In this document: positions 50,088 to 61,601 of the stretch, piece after piece
Numbering within the stretch: position 1 is the stretch's first letter
Layout of the letters: each line of letters starts with the position of its first letter
Sequence record: NC_055708.1
Strand: one strand, 5' to 3'
DNA from: Enterobacteria phage ATK47
Length of the DNA stretch: 64,000 nt
Notes under the pieces: generated by a model
The model's input: the letters and a program-made list of their open reading frames with translations, nothing else
The model's database searches: none
What the model was told of the DNA's origin: nothing
Program-made: the position numbers and the translations under genes

Positions 50088-51196
50088 TAGAAAGTCCCCG
50101 CATAAAGTGAAGAACGGTTTAATGTAATAATTTCTCGCATTGTTATCTCTAACGTAAATGTTGATGGTAAGTTAGGAGCAACAGCGAGACCATTAAATTG
50201 TCCATTTGGAGTTTTATCAAAACGTACGCTTTGAATTTGACATGGGCCAAATACGTCAGTTAACCCGTCAAATTTAGACGTGTATCCAAAGTTTTTAACC
50301 ATCCAAATTGTAGGGTTACTTACAACTAATACATTTGTTAATGACGCAGTAATCTTTTCAAACAATGTCTTATTTTTTACTGCATCATCTGGCGTCATAG
50401 GCTCAATAAACGTTGAACGGTACCATTCGTCTAAATAACTTTTAATCTCTTGGGCGTACTGTGATTTACCGGTCTCACCATATGAGAAATAGTTAAAATA
50501 CTGGTAAATGTTTATAATAGCCATAAGGTCTTCAGTTGAACGTGGAGTTAAATCCCATGTAAAGACTTTAGTACGGTTCTCAGCACCACCATACATACTA
50601 CGAGAAGTCGTATAAATCTGTTCGTTATTATCAGCCATAAGCCCTTGAGTAATAGAATCTAATGCACCAAAAACTGCAGTAGAAGCAATGTTACTTAAAA
50701 CACCTGTAGCAGTACCTCCACCTTTAGTAATAAGACTATCACCGATATCATTAAAACGATGTGAAGTTGTATCAACGTCAGATTTGGAACGTGGCAAAAG
50801 TATATTAGCAACAGGAGTTTTATTTATAGTAGATTTATTAGCTCCGGCAGGAAGCAACCCATTAGAGAATTTAGTCACTGCATCTTTCACATTATCAGTT
50901 AAATCTGATATGATACCATTAGATGAAGTCCCGGCGTACGCCGGACGTAAATTCCTGAGGGATCCTGAATCGCGTGCAGACATATTGTACGCGGTAAATA
51001 ATAATCCATTCTTATAAAGGTCTGTTACCTGGAAGTCTCCTGTGGAGTCATTTCCGGCTGCTCTTCCTGTAGGAAATTGAGCAACATAAGTTTTAGTAGT
51101 TGTTTCGGTTTTAGTGCTTTGCCCAGCACTTTCTGAGACTGGGATTGCTTTATTTAAATCCTTTGCATCTACTACTATTTCTTTTACACTAATCAT
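50087..51196 (-). CDS. 48: Baseplate tail-tube cap gp48
   Basis: 369 aa, synteny. Confidence 0.7.
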   Translation of the reverse strand: MISVKEIVVDAKDLNKAIPVSESAGQSTKTETTTKTYVAQFPTGRAAGNDSTGDFQVTDLYKNGLLFTAYNMSARDSGSLRNLRPAYAGTSSNGIISDLTDNVKDAVTKFSNGLLPAGANKSTINKTPVANILLPRSKSDVDTTSHRFNDIGDSLITKGGGTATGVLSNIASTAVFGALDSITQGLMADNNEQIYTTSRSMYGGAENRTKVFTWDLTPRSTEDLMAIINIYQYFNYFSYGETGKSQYAQEIKSYLDEWYRSTFIEPMTPDDAVKNKTLFEKITASLTNVLVVSNPTIWMVKNFGYTSKFDGLTDVFGPCQIQSVRFDKTPNGQFNGLAVAPNLPSTFTLEITMREIITLNRSSLYAGTF

Positions 51197-51204
51197 AATA
51201 ATCC

Positions 51205-52977
51205 TTAATTAACACCGGTGGCATGGAAAATTCCAGGAGCCGTTGTACTTGTTACAGGGGTCATATTCTGGACTACGGTATTCTTTTTGACGACATTATT
51301 TGTGTTACTAATCGACGCTACCGGTTGCTGTTGTTTAGATTCAGAAGCACGCCCTTTCTCTATTGACTGAACTTGTTTTGCTTCTGGAGATTTAGACGAA
51401 GATTCAGGCTTAACTGTTGTCTGAGCCTTTTTGGCTTCAGCCATTTTATTATTTAGCTTTTCAAATCTAGCATCTATTTCCTTTTTAACAACAGGAGTTT
51501 TATTAAGTTCAGGGTCTTTAATAAGTTTACTTAAATCAGCATAAGACTTCTCGACGTTTTTAGCATTTTCCGGATTAGTCATATCGATTTTATCGATATA
51601 ATCCTCAAATCTAACCAGTGCCGCACGAGTTTCATTAGCTTTTATATATGCCTCTTTACGCTCCTCTTCAGGTAGCTCTTTTAATTTTGCTGATTCCGCT
51701 GCACGCTCATCGCTTGTACTAAACTCTTCTTTATTGTCATTACCACGAACCCAGTTAGTAACGAATGTTTTGCCGCGTTGTAACATATCAAGACCTTTAG
51801 AAACGGTTCCTAATTCCCCATCGTCACGCTTCATTTGATATTTAGCGACTTTCTCTTGGTCTTCTTTCTTTAATTTGTTCCCGGTAGTTTCTTGGAATCC
51901 TTCTAAAGCACGTCCTTCTATTTCGTCCGCGGTATCACCAAAACCTATAGCACGCAATATAGACGCGGAGAGTTTAGCCATTCCTAATTGAATTAGTTCA
52001 CCTAAGTTCATTAATGCTGTTCCTACACCTTTGACAATAGCAACGGTTAAACCACCCCAGTCTCCAGCTTCCCACAATTGTTTTATCGAGTCAATAGAAG
52101 TGAATATATCACTTAAGAATTTACCCCACTCTTTAGCTTCGTCGGAGAATTTAGTAAAGTTTTCATCAAATAAATCCCAGGCAGAAGTGAACTTGTCTGT
52201 CCAATATTTGAAATGGACTATCAATAAATCAATACCGATAACAATACCAAGAATAAGTGCGGCCATTTTTGCTGCTTCAATAGCAGCCGTTATAGTGTAT
52301 TTGAAAAGCATTCCAGCAATTCTGTCTGAAATTGATATTGATTTATTAAACCCGGCTTGAACTGTTTTGGTGAGCATTGCAATTTTATCGCTCAATTTAA
52401 AGCTAATCCCGCCTTTAGAATCGGAAGTAGAATTAGCACTTTCTTGAACCGGTGCTGGGAAGAAATCTTCATCTGGCTTATTATCAATCTTTTCAGGTGT
52501 AGGTAATGCTTTAAACAACTCATCAGAAGTTTCGTTCTCAACCACTTTAACAGGTATTGCGTTCTCAATTACTTCAAGAGAGGTGCCTCCTGTATTTTGA
52601 ATAGCGGTAGATGTTTGTAATTTTTGCTCTAATAATGTAGCTAATCGGTCTAACTTAGAGCTTATTGCACTAGAAACTTCGTTTATACTTTTAGTGACTT
52701 CAGTTTGTTTTTCAATAACTTCTGCGATAAGCTCTGTGCCTTCAGCAGTATTATCTGTCGAATTCTTTAAGTCTCCAATTGATTCAATAATTCCATTGCC
52801 TTTATCTTCTACACTTTGCGATGTGAGTTCAGACGCGGCTTGGACATCGTCTAGTTTTGATGAAATGTTATTCAATGCTTCTAATGAATCGGTAGCTGCG
52901 GTTGCAGCTACTTTTTGTGGTTTATTATCGGCAATGACCTTATTTCTACGCATGGATTTCATTTCTTCAGGTTTCAT
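51205..52977 (-). CDS. 29: Baseplate hub / tail length determinator gp29
   Basis: 590 aa (T4 gp29 590 aa), synteny. Confidence 0.7.
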   Translation of the reverse strand: MKPEEMKSMRRNKVIADNKPQKVAATAATDSLEALNNISSKLDDVQAASELTSQSVEDKGNGIIESIGDLKNSTDNTAEGTELIAEVIEKQTEVTKSINEVSSAISSKLDRLATLLEQKLQTSTAIQNTGGTSLEVIENAIPVKVVENETSDELFKALPTPEKIDNKPDEDFFPAPVQESANSTSDSKGGISFKLSDKIAMLTKTVQAGFNKSISISDRIAGMLFKYTITAAIEAAKMAALILGIVIGIDLLIVHFKYWTDKFTSAWDLFDENFTKFSDEAKEWGKFLSDIFTSIDSIKQLWEAGDWGGLTVAIVKGVGTALMNLGELIQLGMAKLSASILRAIGFGDTADEIEGRALEGFQETTGNKLKKEDQEKVAKYQMKRDDGELGTVSKGLDMLQRGKTFVTNWVRGNDNKEEFSTSDERAAESAKLKELPEEERKEAYIKANETRAALVRFEDYIDKIDMTNPENAKNVEKSYADLSKLIKDPELNKTPVVKKEIDARFEKLNNKMAEAKKAQTTVKPESSSKSPEAKQVQSIEKGRASESKQQQPVASISNTNNVVKKNTVVQNMTPVTSTTAPGIFHATGVN

Positions 52978-53507
52978 TCAAGCAATCCAATAATTTCTGC
53001 TATACCCTTAATAGGGCCATTAGGGCCTGGAATAGCAATAGTTGTCGAAAGGTCTTCTGCCCATTTGATTACAAAAGCAGGCATCTCAAGGAAAGAAATT
53101 TCTTTCTCTTCGTCATTAACTTTTATTAAGCAATTTGATAGCATTTCACTGATTGTAGCGAATTGTTCAAATTTGCCTGGGGGTCTAAAATAAAAAGTAT
53201 TACCTTGAAATTGGAATTCTGTTCGTTGGCATACATAGACGTCATCTAGTTTATAAGTGAATCCATCTTTTTCAACTTCAGACTTAAGTTTGTTATTAAA
53301 TTCCAATATGTGTAGACATGCAAAATCAAAATCTGCGGGACTCATATTTTTACAAATAGAATCAGCTAAGATTTTCATGTTTTCGTCAGGGCCTTTAACG
53401 TCCTTTAAAAGATTATAATGTTTGAGCCCTAATTTGGGAATCATTACCTTTTTATTAGACTGTGGTAGAATTATTTTCTTTAGAGGTAGAATCAGATTTA
53501 AGTTCAT
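52974..53507 (-). CDS. 28: Baseplate hub distal subunit gp28
   Basis: 177 aa (T4 gp28 177 aa), synteny. Confidence 0.65.
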   Translation of the reverse strand: MNLNLILPLKKIILPQSNKKVMIPKLGLKHYNLLKDVKGPDENMKILADSICKNMSPADFDFACLHILEFNNKLKSEVEKDGFTYKLDDVYVCQRTEFQFQGNTFYFRPPGKFEQFATISEMLSNCLIKVNDEEKEISFLEMPAFVIKWAEDLSTTIAIPGPNGPIKGIAEIIGLLE

Positions 53508-54627
53508 TTTTAACCTTAACTGGGTTAACAGGTTCTAACACCATTGAGTTGGTAAACATGTACAGATGAGTTTGTGAGTTGTTATTTGATAACTCATGAA
53601 TAACTTCATCCACGTAAAATTCGGATTTGAATTGGTTCTTTTGGTCAACAAATATAATTTTAGTAGCAGGCGTTATGTTAAAATTACCTGTAGTAGTGCA
53701 TTTAGCATAACCGTCGTATTGAGCCATTGTCTGAAGACGACTTGCTTCTTCAAATCCATTACGATAGGTCATTTCGGAATATCCGCCGGATCTTGACACA
53801 AGAATAGCATTATCACCATCACCTGTAACAATAACCGGAATAGATGTATCTAAAAATGAATGGGCGAATATTGTGGCGTTTTTAATAGGGTCTCTTGTAA
53901 ATTGGTTGGCTTTAGTCATCCAGGTAAAATCCCATACTAATGGATACTCAAGCTCTTGAATATACTGACCTACAGTATTTGGCTCGCCTACAATCATCTT
54001 AATGCCTTCCTGACCAATAAGAGTATCGTAGTCAATCATGTTTACGCCTAAAATATCTTGCCATACGAATACGAACTTATCACTCGCTGTAGCAAGTCCT
54101 AATTCTCTGACATATGCCAAATAATCATCAAATGTGCTTGTCCAAGGAATATCAGGAACATAAGCATTAATAGTGTTTATTGGCGGAGTAATTAACGTAC
54201 GGTCTTTGTATATGACACCTAACATTTCACGTATAGATTCTCCTGCGTCTGGAAAGAACGGTCGCCCAAATTTAAGGTTCTCTATAGAATGTATTGTTCC
54301 AAGCTCAATTGCAATAATATTGTCACCTTTTGAGTCCACAGACACAGAATAATGTCTACATCCGTAAATTCGAGTTCTAACTTGGAGAGGTGTGTTTGAA
54401 TTTGAAACAGAGATTTGGACTATCTGTCTACCATCCATTTTAGTGTGGATGTTTTTAGTGTCATAAAATTGAAGAATCCCTTCATTTCTTCCATATAGCG
54501 AATCTCGCATGGTTAAAGTTGTTATTGTTGCTGCGAGTTCAACGTATCTATTTTCTTGCCAAGCCGAATAATCTTGGTATAATTTAACGCTTAAGTTAGG
54601 ATATCCTGGACGTTGGAATACTGTCAT
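53455..54627 (-). CDS. 27: Baseplate hub subunit gp27
   Basis: 390 aa (T4 gp27 391 aa), synteny. Confidence 0.7.
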   Translation of the reverse strand: MTVFQRPGYPNLSVKLYQDYSAWQENRYVELAATITTLTMRDSLYGRNEGILQFYDTKNIHTKMDGRQIVQISVSNSNTPLQVRTRIYGCRHYSVSVDSKGDNIIAIELGTIHSIENLKFGRPFFPDAGESIREMLGVIYKDRTLITPPINTINAYVPDIPWTSTFDDYLAYVRELGLATASDKFVFVWQDILGVNMIDYDTLIGQEGIKMIVGEPNTVGQYIQELEYPLVWDFTWMTKANQFTRDPIKNATIFAHSFLDTSIPVIVTGDGDNAILVSRSGGYSEMTYRNGFEEASRLQTMAQYDGYAKCTTTGNFNITPATKIIFVDQKNQFKSEFYVDEVIHELSNNNSQTHLYMFTNSMVLEPVNPVKVKNELKSDSTSKENNSTTV

Positions 54628-55376
54628 TTTTTATGGTCCTTTTCTACTAATGTTAAAGCAATACCACGTTCAACAGGAATCATTTGCATAATAGAATCCA
54701 ATGTGTATTGACTCTTTACTAGTGAATGGTTTATCTGATAGAATGTAAAAATCTCATCAGGGTTAACTAACAATTTAAAAACCTCTAAGATATCAGTATA
54801 TGTTTTAACATGATGTTCACAACAACCTAATCTAAGGGTCAAATTAATAGGGTTCATAGAAGCAATAACCTTCTCGAGCGAGTCAATGTCTATTGCTTCT
54901 ATTACTTGGATTTGGTTCTCTTCAGTCAAATCATTCCATGGGTACCATTCATCGTTATAATATATTTCTTTTATGTTTTCACTTATCATTAATGCTTTGT
55001 TGTCATAAAACTTTTCAGGGAAAGAAAAACGTATTTTTATACCAGCAACATCAAGTTCAGGTTCGACTAGTTCTTTTTGATATATCTCAAATGGTGCAGT
55101 TTTTTCTTTAGAGCATTTAGGGCAAGTGAAAATAACGGGAACTTTTGTTTTGCCTATAGAGCCTGCGAAAACTTGCAGGAATATAAATGGTTGCCATGTT
55201 TTAGGGTACTCGCCAAAATAATCATCAATCAGATCGGCAATTATTTCTTTTTGTTCTTGTGGCGAACGATGTTCGATATCATTTCTAACTAGTAAAAAGT
55301 CTCTATAATCCGCCACAGTGAACGGCTTAAAACGATGAACACCATCCGGTAATTTACAACGAATTATATTAGCCAT
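54624..55376 (-). CDS. 51: Baseplate hub assembly catalyst gp51
   Basis: 250 aa (T4 gp51 249 aa), divergent from gene 26. Confidence 0.6.
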   Translation of the reverse strand: MANIIRCKLPDGVHRFKPFTVADYRDFLLVRNDIEHRSPQEQKEIIADLIDDYFGEYPKTWQPFIFLQVFAGSIGKTKVPVIFTCPKCSKEKTAPFEIYQKELVEPELDVAGIKIRFSFPEKFYDNKALMISENIKEIYYNDEWYPWNDLTEENQIQVIEAIDIDSLEKVIASMNPINLTLRLGCCEHHVKTYTDILEVFKLLVNPDEIFTFYQINHSLVKSQYTLDSIMQMIPVERGIALTLVEKDHKK

Positions 55377-55423
55377 AATTACTCCTTTTCTATTATTTAT
55401 AAATACACAATAAAGGAGTTAAC

Positions 55424-56050
55424 ATGTACAAATATACGTTTACCGTACGTTTAGGCGATAAAGAAGTGAATTGTAGAGCCTTTACTTTAAAAGAATATTT
55501 AGGACTCATAGGTGCTCGGGCTACCGGTACTATTGAATCAGCAGTAAACAATATTATCACTAATTGCTCTAACGCTAAAAACTTGACTAAACAAGAAGCC
55601 GAGTTATTGTTGGTAAATCTGTGGGCACATTCATTAGGTGAAGTGAATCAAGAACACACCTGGAATTGTTCCTGTGGGCATTCATTTCAAGTCTATATGA
55701 ATTTATTGCACACTCAATTAGATGAACAGGCCGATCCCTGGTATTCGTTCAGCGGTATTAAAATTAAGTTCCGTCAACCTAAATTATTTGATGATAAAAA
55801 TATCGCATTAATGATTGCTTCATGTATTGAGGCTGTTTTTGTCAATGGAGAGTCCATCCCTGTTGAAGATTTAACTGAAGCAGAAATAAACGACCTTTAC
55901 GGCCTTATAACAGAAGATGACATGATCAATATTAAAAATCTTTTGGTGTCGCCATCAATTTATCTGGCAACCCCTATTAAATGTCCCAAATGTGGGGCGT
56001 CACACGTTCACACAATACGAGGCCTCAAAGAATTCTTTGAGTTACTATAA
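55424..56050 (+). CDS. 26: Baseplate hub subunit gp26
   Basis: 208 aa (T4 gp26 208 aa), synteny. Confidence 0.6.
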   Translation: MYKYTFTVRLGDKEVNCRAFTLKEYLGLIGARATGTIESAVNNIITNCSNAKNLTKQEAELLLVNLWAHSLGEVNQEHTWNCSCGHSFQVYMNLLHTQLDEQADPWYSFSGIKIKFRQPKLFDDKNIALMIASCIEAVFVNGESIPVEDLTEAEINDLYGLITEDDMINIKNLLVSPSIYLATPIKCPKCGASHVHTIRGLKEFFELL

Positions 56051-56051
56051 T

Positions 56052-56450
56052 ATGTCTAATATCAATAAACTTTATTCAGATATCGACCCAGAAATGCGTA
56101 TGGATTGGAACAAGGACGTTGCTCGTTCTGTAGGACTTCGTTCTATTAAAAATAGTCTTCTTGGCATAGTGACAACTAGAAAAGGCTCACGCCCCTTCGA
56201 CCCTGAATTTGGATGCGATTTGGTTGATGAACTTTTCGAGAACATGACACCACTTACAGCCGATACGATTGAGCGTAATATCCAGGCAGCTGTTCGTAAC
56301 TATGAGCCACGCATCGACAAACTTTCTGTAAGTGTAACACCAGTATATGATGACTATACGGTTATAGTAGAGATTAGATTTTCGGTTGTAGACAACCCTG
56401 ACGATATTGAACAAATTAAACTTCAGTTAGCGTCAAGCAATAGAGTGTAA
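56052..56450 (+). CDS. 25: Baseplate wedge protein gp25
   Basis: In-frame ATG 56052 just after gene 26 stop gives 132 aa (T4 gp25 132 aa). Confidence 0.6.
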   Translation: MSNINKLYSDIDPEMRMDWNKDVARSVGLRSIKNSLLGIVTTRKGSRPFDPEFGCDLVDELFENMTPLTADTIERNIQAAVRNYEPRIDKLSVSVTPVYDDYTVIVEIRFSVVDNPDDIEQIKLQLASSNRV

Positions 56451-56530
56451 TGCTTCAAGGCAACCTATGTATAATGGTTTTAGGTCCTTCCGATACAGCC
56501 GGGAGATTATTAGTTAAAAGAGAGAATATT

Positions 56531-56944
56531 ATGAAGCTGGAAGATTTACAGGAAGAGTTAGACGCAGACTTAGCTATTGATACGACAAAGTTGCAATACG
56601 AGACGGCGAATAATGTTAAGTTATACAGCAAATGGCTACGTAAGCACTCATTTATTCGTAAAGAAATGTTGCGTATAGAGACTCAGAAGAAAACTGCTCT
56701 AAAAGCAAGATTAGACTACTACTCGGGACGAGGTGATGGTGATGAATTCAGTATGGACCGATACGAGAAATCTGAAATGAAAACTGTCTTGGCCGCAGAT
56801 AAAGATGTGCTTAAAATAGAGACTACTTTACAATACTGGGGAATTTTACTTGAGTTCTGTAGTGGGGCACTTGACGCAGTTAAGTCTCGTAGTTTTGCAC
56901 TTAAACATATTCAAGATATGCGAGAATTTGAAGCGGGGCAATAA
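56531..56944 (+). CDS. uvsY: Recombination mediator UvsY
   Basis: ATG 56531 gives 137 aa; MKLEDLQEEL...LQYETANNV...YYSGRGDGDEFSMDRYEKSEMKTV matches recalled T4 UvsY. Confidence 0.85.
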   Translation: MKLEDLQEELDADLAIDTTKLQYETANNVKLYSKWLRKHSFIRKEMLRIETQKKTALKARLDYYSGRGDGDEFSMDRYEKSEMKTVLAADKDVLKIETTLQYWGILLEFCSGALDAVKSRSFALKHIQDMREFEAGQ

Positions 56945-57168
56945 TGCGTTATTCAATTGAAGATGCCTTTAATAATGATGAAGAATTTGAAACCGAAATT
57001 AAATTCTTAATGGAAAAGTATCGTCTACGACGTCAGGATATTCGTATCCTGGCAGACCATCCTTGCGGCGAAGACGTCCTTTATATTAAAGGGAAGTTTG
57101 CCGGGTACATCGACGAGTATTTTTATACAAAAGATATGGGTATTGATATGTGCATGCGAGTAGTATAA
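56944..57168 (+). CDS. Hypothetical protein
   Basis: 74-aa ORF, ATAATG overlap with uvsY stop. Confidence 0.45.
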   Translation: MRYSIEDAFNNDEEFETEIKFLMEKYRLRRQDIRILADHPCGEDVLYIKGKFAGYIDEYFYTKDMGIDMCMRVV

Positions 57169-57200
57169 ATAGATATGTAATTTCAACTTAGGAGGCAATC

Positions 57201-57368
57201 ATGTCAGATAAGATTTGTGTTGTCTGTAAAACTCCAATCGATTCTGCATTGGTTGTTGAAACAGACAAAGGTCCAGCACATCCTGGTCCTTGTTATAATT
57301 ATGTACAACAATTGCCGGTTTCAGAAAGTTCAGAAGAGCAATTGAACGAAACCCAACTTTTACTATAG
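57201..57368 (+). CDS. Small Cys-containing protein (55 aa)
   Basis: Strong RBS aggagg 7 nt upstream of ATG; CVVCKT...GPCYNY; below ORF-track cutoff. Confidence 0.4.
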   Translation: MSDKICVVCKTPIDSALVVETDKGPAHPGPCYNYVQQLPVSESSEEQLNETQLLL

Positions 57369-57425
57369 TGTTACCTTTTTGCCTATGGTTTTTGGCCCTT
57401 CCAAAAAGGTCGGGCCTTTTTTTAA
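57369..57425. terminator. Bidirectional terminator region between convergent genes
   Basis: Overlapping hairpins (tttttgg...ccaaaaa; aaaaagg tcggg ccttttt) with flanking T-runs. Confidence 0.5.
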
Positions 57426-57659
57426 TTAGAAGTCTTCTTCCTCATCCTCATCATCGTCGCCTTCAAGTTCGGCACGCTTACCTGCTAAGGCATCCCTGAC
57501 AGAAATATCATCTGTATCTTTTAATTCCGTTTCTTTTATACGTTTCTTATAATAAGCTTCCAATTCTTCAAGCCCTTCTAAGGTATGACAACTAGCAATT
57601 TTACCCATGAATTCGTCAATAGATGCTTCGTATAAAAATTGTTTAAATTCAAGTACCAT
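57426..57659 (-). CDS. Hypothetical acidic protein
   Basis: 77 aa, C-terminal DDDEDEEEDF; immediately downstream of uvsW on the same strand. Confidence 0.5.
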   Translation of the reverse strand: MVLEFKQFLYEASIDEFMGKIASCHTLEGLEELEAYYKKRIKETELKDTDDISVRDALAGKRAELEGDDDEDEEEDF

Positions 57660-57684
57660 TTTTATCTCCTAAGGGCCGAAGCCC

Positions 57685-59199
57685 TTATAAATTAATTGTT
57701 TTCATTACATAGTTAAATTTCTCATCAGCGTAACGTTGGATACGATCAATACCGTGTTTTAACAAGTAATTAAGATGAGTATACTTCTTTTTAGTATTTA
57801 ATGATTTAGGTTTTACACCTGCGTCATCGATGAGATCCCAAACTGTAGCAACAGCTTTAGAACCATGCTTACGAAGCACACGACCTACTGTTTGAAGTAC
57901 GATAATTTTTGATTTAACACCATGGGCAAAAATAACATGATGAAGATTCTTGACTGAAATACCAGTAGAGAATACTCCATATGATGCGACAATAATAATG
58001 CCTTTACCATTTTCTGCCATGACTTTAAGCGCGTTACGTGTTTCAGTATCAACTTCACCTGATACGTAATAAACTTTTTCGTATCCAAGCTCTTTAATAG
58101 CTTCAAATATTTCTTTACCATGTGTAACGTGTTTAAACATTACAAAGGCGTTCTCGTCTTTCTTAGCCAATTTGACTGAAAGTTGAGCAATCCACTTTGT
58201 ACGTCGTTTTAGTCCGGTAATAATTTTAACTTCTTCTTGGTATGTTTTACCTTTTAATTTAATGGCGAATTCGTCCGGATAACGAAGGAAAATACTATTA
58301 ATCTTAAGCTCAGTTACCTGTCCGTCTTCCATTAATTTAGACGTGCTAACAGGACGGAAGATTTCACCGAACATTCCTACGTACTGCATTACATTGGCTT
58401 TTCCGTCTCTTAATGAGCCGGATAAACCGAATTTAAACATGCAATTATTTAATCCTGAGATGATTGAAGAAATACTTTTGCCTGTTGCTAAGTGGCATTC
58501 ATCGTTCATCATCATACCGAACTGAGAGAACCATTCTTTAGGCTGCTTAACTACCGTTTGCCATGTGCCAACAATAATTGGAGCGTCGTTTTTAGATTTG
58601 TCTGCTTTATCAGCACCACCGCCAATTTTCTTAATCATCGAATGACTAAACAAGCGATAATCAACAAAATCATTAGCCATTTGGGTTGTCAATGCTGTTG
58701 TAGGGACGATAATGAGAATTTTACCTTCATAGTTCTCTAGATAATATCGAGCTAAAAGTGCTTGGATTAGTGATTTACCTGCTGATGTCGGAAGGTTTAA
58801 AATTCGACGACGATTAACTAGTCCTTCATATACTGCATCTTTTTGATACCAATGTGGTTCGATTTTGGTGTTGCCCGAATAAATTTCTTGTTTAGAAAGC
58901 CATGCGTCAAAATCTTCCCTAGTAAGGTCTTCGGTCTCAAAGATTTTAGGGTCAATCCATACAGAATAACTCATATTGTTACAGAACTTTTTTATTTGTC
59001 CTACAAGTCCATATGGTAACAAACGATTGTAATCTAAAAGTCGAATTCTACCATCCCATTGCCCATAGCGATATTTTGGGTTAAATTTATACCCGTCAGC
59101 TTCAAAGCTAAAAAAGTCACGAAGTTCGTAAAACGTACTTTCGTCGCATTCAATGCGCACGTGACTAAAATCATAAAAATGTACTTTAATGTCAGTCAT
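57685..59199 (-). CDS. uvsW: DNA helicase UvsW (SF2)
   Basis: 504 aa; Walker A PTSAGKS, DEAH-like box MMNDECH. Confidence 0.85.
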   Translation of the reverse strand: MTDIKVHFYDFSHVRIECDESTFYELRDFFSFEADGYKFNPKYRYGQWDGRIRLLDYNRLLPYGLVGQIKKFCNNMSYSVWIDPKIFETEDLTREDFDAWLSKQEIYSGNTKIEPHWYQKDAVYEGLVNRRRILNLPTSAGKSLIQALLARYYLENYEGKILIIVPTTALTTQMANDFVDYRLFSHSMIKKIGGGADKADKSKNDAPIIVGTWQTVVKQPKEWFSQFGMMMNDECHLATGKSISSIISGLNNCMFKFGLSGSLRDGKANVMQYVGMFGEIFRPVSTSKLMEDGQVTELKINSIFLRYPDEFAIKLKGKTYQEEVKIITGLKRRTKWIAQLSVKLAKKDENAFVMFKHVTHGKEIFEAIKELGYEKVYYVSGEVDTETRNALKVMAENGKGIIIVASYGVFSTGISVKNLHHVIFAHGVKSKIIVLQTVGRVLRKHGSKAVATVWDLIDDAGVKPKSLNTKKKYTHLNYLLKHGIDRIQRYADEKFNYVMKTINL

Positions 59200-59249
59200 G
59201 TCAAATTACCATGTAATAAATATAGTTATATTTATAATGAGGAAATATC

Positions 59250-59918
59250 ATGATCGATAAAGACTATATTGAAGAGTTACGTGCTCTTTCTGATAAAAAG
59301 GAAGCCAAAGCTAAACTGTTTGAATATGCGGAACAATTTGGTATTAGTGTTAAGAAAACAAAATCATTCGATAATATTGTTATTGATATCGAAGAAGCTC
59401 TTAACGCGCTGGCTGATGAACCATTACCTGAAACTGATGGATTATCTATCACTGATTTAATTACTGCCGCAGATGATGTAGACGGTGTTAATTTCACCAA
59501 CGAAGAAGTTAAAGAAGAAGCTATTCTGTTGTTTGATTCTCCAACAGAACAAGTTGAAGTATTAGAAGTTGTCGAACAAGAAATAGAATTCGACCATGAT
59601 AAATTTGAAGAAGCAATTACTCAGGTTGTTGAATCTGAAAAAGAGCCTGAGCCAGAAGTAAATAAAGAAGTAAAATTTGTTCTGCCTGAAAATTTTAGTC
59701 CTACACTCATTAAATTAGGCAAAGGCCCAGGATATGTTACTGTTCCTTGGTGGATTTATCAATGGATAGCCGAAACACCTGATTGGAAATCTCGCCCAAC
59801 CAGTTTTGTGCACGCTTCTGCTCACCAAACATTATTTAGCTTAATTTATTATATTAATCGCGATGGATCAGTTCTAATTCGCGAAACTCGTAATTCTTCT
59901 TTCGTAACATTAAAATAA
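59250..59918 (+). CDS. inh: Prohead protease inhibitor Inh candidate
   Basis: 222 aa (T4 Inh approx 226 aa), acidic, adjacent to hoc. Confidence 0.5.
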   Translation: MIDKDYIEELRALSDKKEAKAKLFEYAEQFGISVKKTKSFDNIVIDIEEALNALADEPLPETDGLSITDLITAADDVDGVNFTNEEVKEEAILLFDSPTEQVEVLEVVEQEIEFDHDKFEEAITQVVESEKEPEPEVNKEVKFVLPENFSPTLIKLGKGPGYVTVPWWIYQWIAETPDWKSRPTSFVHASAHQTLFSLIYYINRDGSVLIRETRNSSFVTLK

Positions 59919-59927
59919 GGATAACTT

Positions 59928-61058
59928 ATGGCTTTTACAGTTGATATAACTCCTAAAACGCCTACTGGAGTTATAGATGAGACTAAGCAGTTTACTGCTA
60001 CTCCCAGTGGTGAAACTGGAGGTGGAACTATTACCTATGCATGGAGTGTAGACGATGCTCCTCAAGTAGGATCGGCAGAAACTTTTGATTATGTGTTAAA
60101 GGGTCCTGCTGGAACAAAAACAATTAAAGTTGTTGCAACAAACACAGTCCCAGATACTGATGCTGAAACAGCAGAAGCTACTACAACTATTACAGTCAAA
60201 AACAAAACTCAGACGACTACCTTAGCCGTATCTCCCAATAGTCCTCCAGCAGGAGTAATTGGAACAGCTGTTAAATTTACCGCTGCTTTGGCTTCACAGC
60301 CATCAGGTGCATCTGCTACATATCAATGGCATGTTGACGGTTCTCCTGTAAGCGAAGCGACTAGCGCTACATTCAATTACACTCCTACCACAAGCGGAGT
60401 TAAAAAAATCAAGTGTGTAGCTCAAGTAACTGCGGCAAATTATGATGCAAAAACCGTTACTTCTAATGAAGTATCACTGACTGTTAATAAGAAGACAATG
60501 AATCCACAGGTTACATTGACTCCTCCTTCTATTAATGTCCAGCAAGATGCTTCGGCTACATTTACTGCTAATGTGACTGGTGCTCCAGAAGAAGCACAAA
60601 TTACCTATTCATGGAAGAAAGATTCTTCTCCTGTAGAAGGATCGACTAATGTGTATACAGTTGATACTTCTACTGTTGGAAGTCAAACTATTGAAGTGAC
60701 TGCAACTGTTACTGCAACTGATTATGATAGCAAAACTGTTACATCAGAAGGTCAAGTTCAGGTAACTGATAAAGTTGCTCCAGAACCAGAAGGTGAACTA
60801 CCTTATGTTCATCCTCTTCCACATCGTACTTCAGCTTACATCTGGTGCGGATGGTGGGTTATGGATGAAATCCAAAAAATGACTGAAGAAGGTAAAGATT
60901 GGAAAACTGAAGATCCAGATAGTAAATACTACCTGCATCGTTACACTCTTCAGAAGATGATGAAAGACTACCCAGAAGTTGATGTTCAAGAATCACGTAA
61001 TGGATACATCATCCATAAAACTGCTTTGGAAACTGGTATCATCTATACATATCCATAA
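59928..61058 (+). CDS. hoc: Outer capsid protein Hoc (Ig-like repeats)
   Basis: 376 aa (T4 Hoc 376 aa); three or more Thr/Val-rich Ig-like repeats (TYAWSVD..., TYQWHVD..., TYSWKKD...). Confidence 0.7.
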   Translation: MAFTVDITPKTPTGVIDETKQFTATPSGETGGGTITYAWSVDDAPQVGSAETFDYVLKGPAGTKTIKVVATNTVPDTDAETAEATTTITVKNKTQTTTLAVSPNSPPAGVIGTAVKFTAALASQPSGASATYQWHVDGSPVSEATSATFNYTPTTSGVKKIKCVAQVTAANYDAKTVTSNEVSLTVNKKTMNPQVTLTPPSINVQQDASATFTANVTGAPEEAQITYSWKKDSSPVEGSTNVYTVDTSTVGSQTIEVTATVTATDYDSKTVTSEGQVQVTDKVAPEPEGELPYVHPLPHRTSAYIWCGWWVMDEIQKMTEEGKDWKTEDPDSKYYLHRYTLQKMMKDYPEVDVQESRNGYIIHKTALETGIIYTYP

Positions 61059-61062
61059 TCGT

Positions 61063-61080
61063 AAGGGGCTTCGGCCCCTT
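61063..61080 (+). terminator. Stem-loop aaggggcTTCGgcccctt
   Basis: Perfect stem with UUCG loop followed by T-rich tract. Confidence 0.6.
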
Positions 61081-61146
61081 TCTTCGTTTTTAAAGCATAA
61101 AAACACAACTTGAGATTGATGTATATAATGGCACCAACTCGATAAC

Positions 61147-61353
61147 ATGAGATTGATTATGAGAACTGAGGTTGAAGTTTATACATTACATGAGGCGGGA
61201 TTTTCATTCGTAGAAATTGCTCAAAAAATCGGTTTACAACCTAAAGAAGTTGGATTACTATGGACTAAAGCCGAGACAGCTCGGTCAAAGTTTAAAGCAA
61301 AAGAAAAAGTTGTATACCGTAAACGTCTGATTAATAAAAAGGTGAAGAAATGA
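61147..61353 (+). CDS. Hypothetical protein
   Basis: 68-aa ORF. Confidence 0.45.
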   Translation: MRLIMRTEVEVYTLHEAGFSFVEIAQKIGLQPKEVGLLWTKAETARSKFKAKEKVVYRKRLINKKVKK

Positions 61354-61601
61354 GTTTTGCACAGGAATTAAGAGAAAGGGCTCTGGCCACTAAAGCTAAT
61401 TTGTTGAGTGATTTTATTGCTAACTTCTCTGTGATGGCAGAGAAAGCTGCTGACAAAGGTCAGACACAATTCACGTACTATCCATCAAAGAATGATTTAA
61501 CTATCACTGAGCAAGTTGGGCAGTGGTTACGTGATAATGGCTTTCAGTATAAAATTAATCACGACCAACGTGATGGACATTGGATAGAAATCAAGTTCTA
61601 A
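61350..61601 (+). CDS. Hypothetical protein
   Basis: 83-aa ORF, ATGA overlap. Confidence 0.45.
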   Translation: MSFAQELRERALATKANLLSDFIANFSVMAEKAADKGQTQFTYYPSKNDLTITEQVGQWLRDNGFQYKINHDQRDGHWIEIKF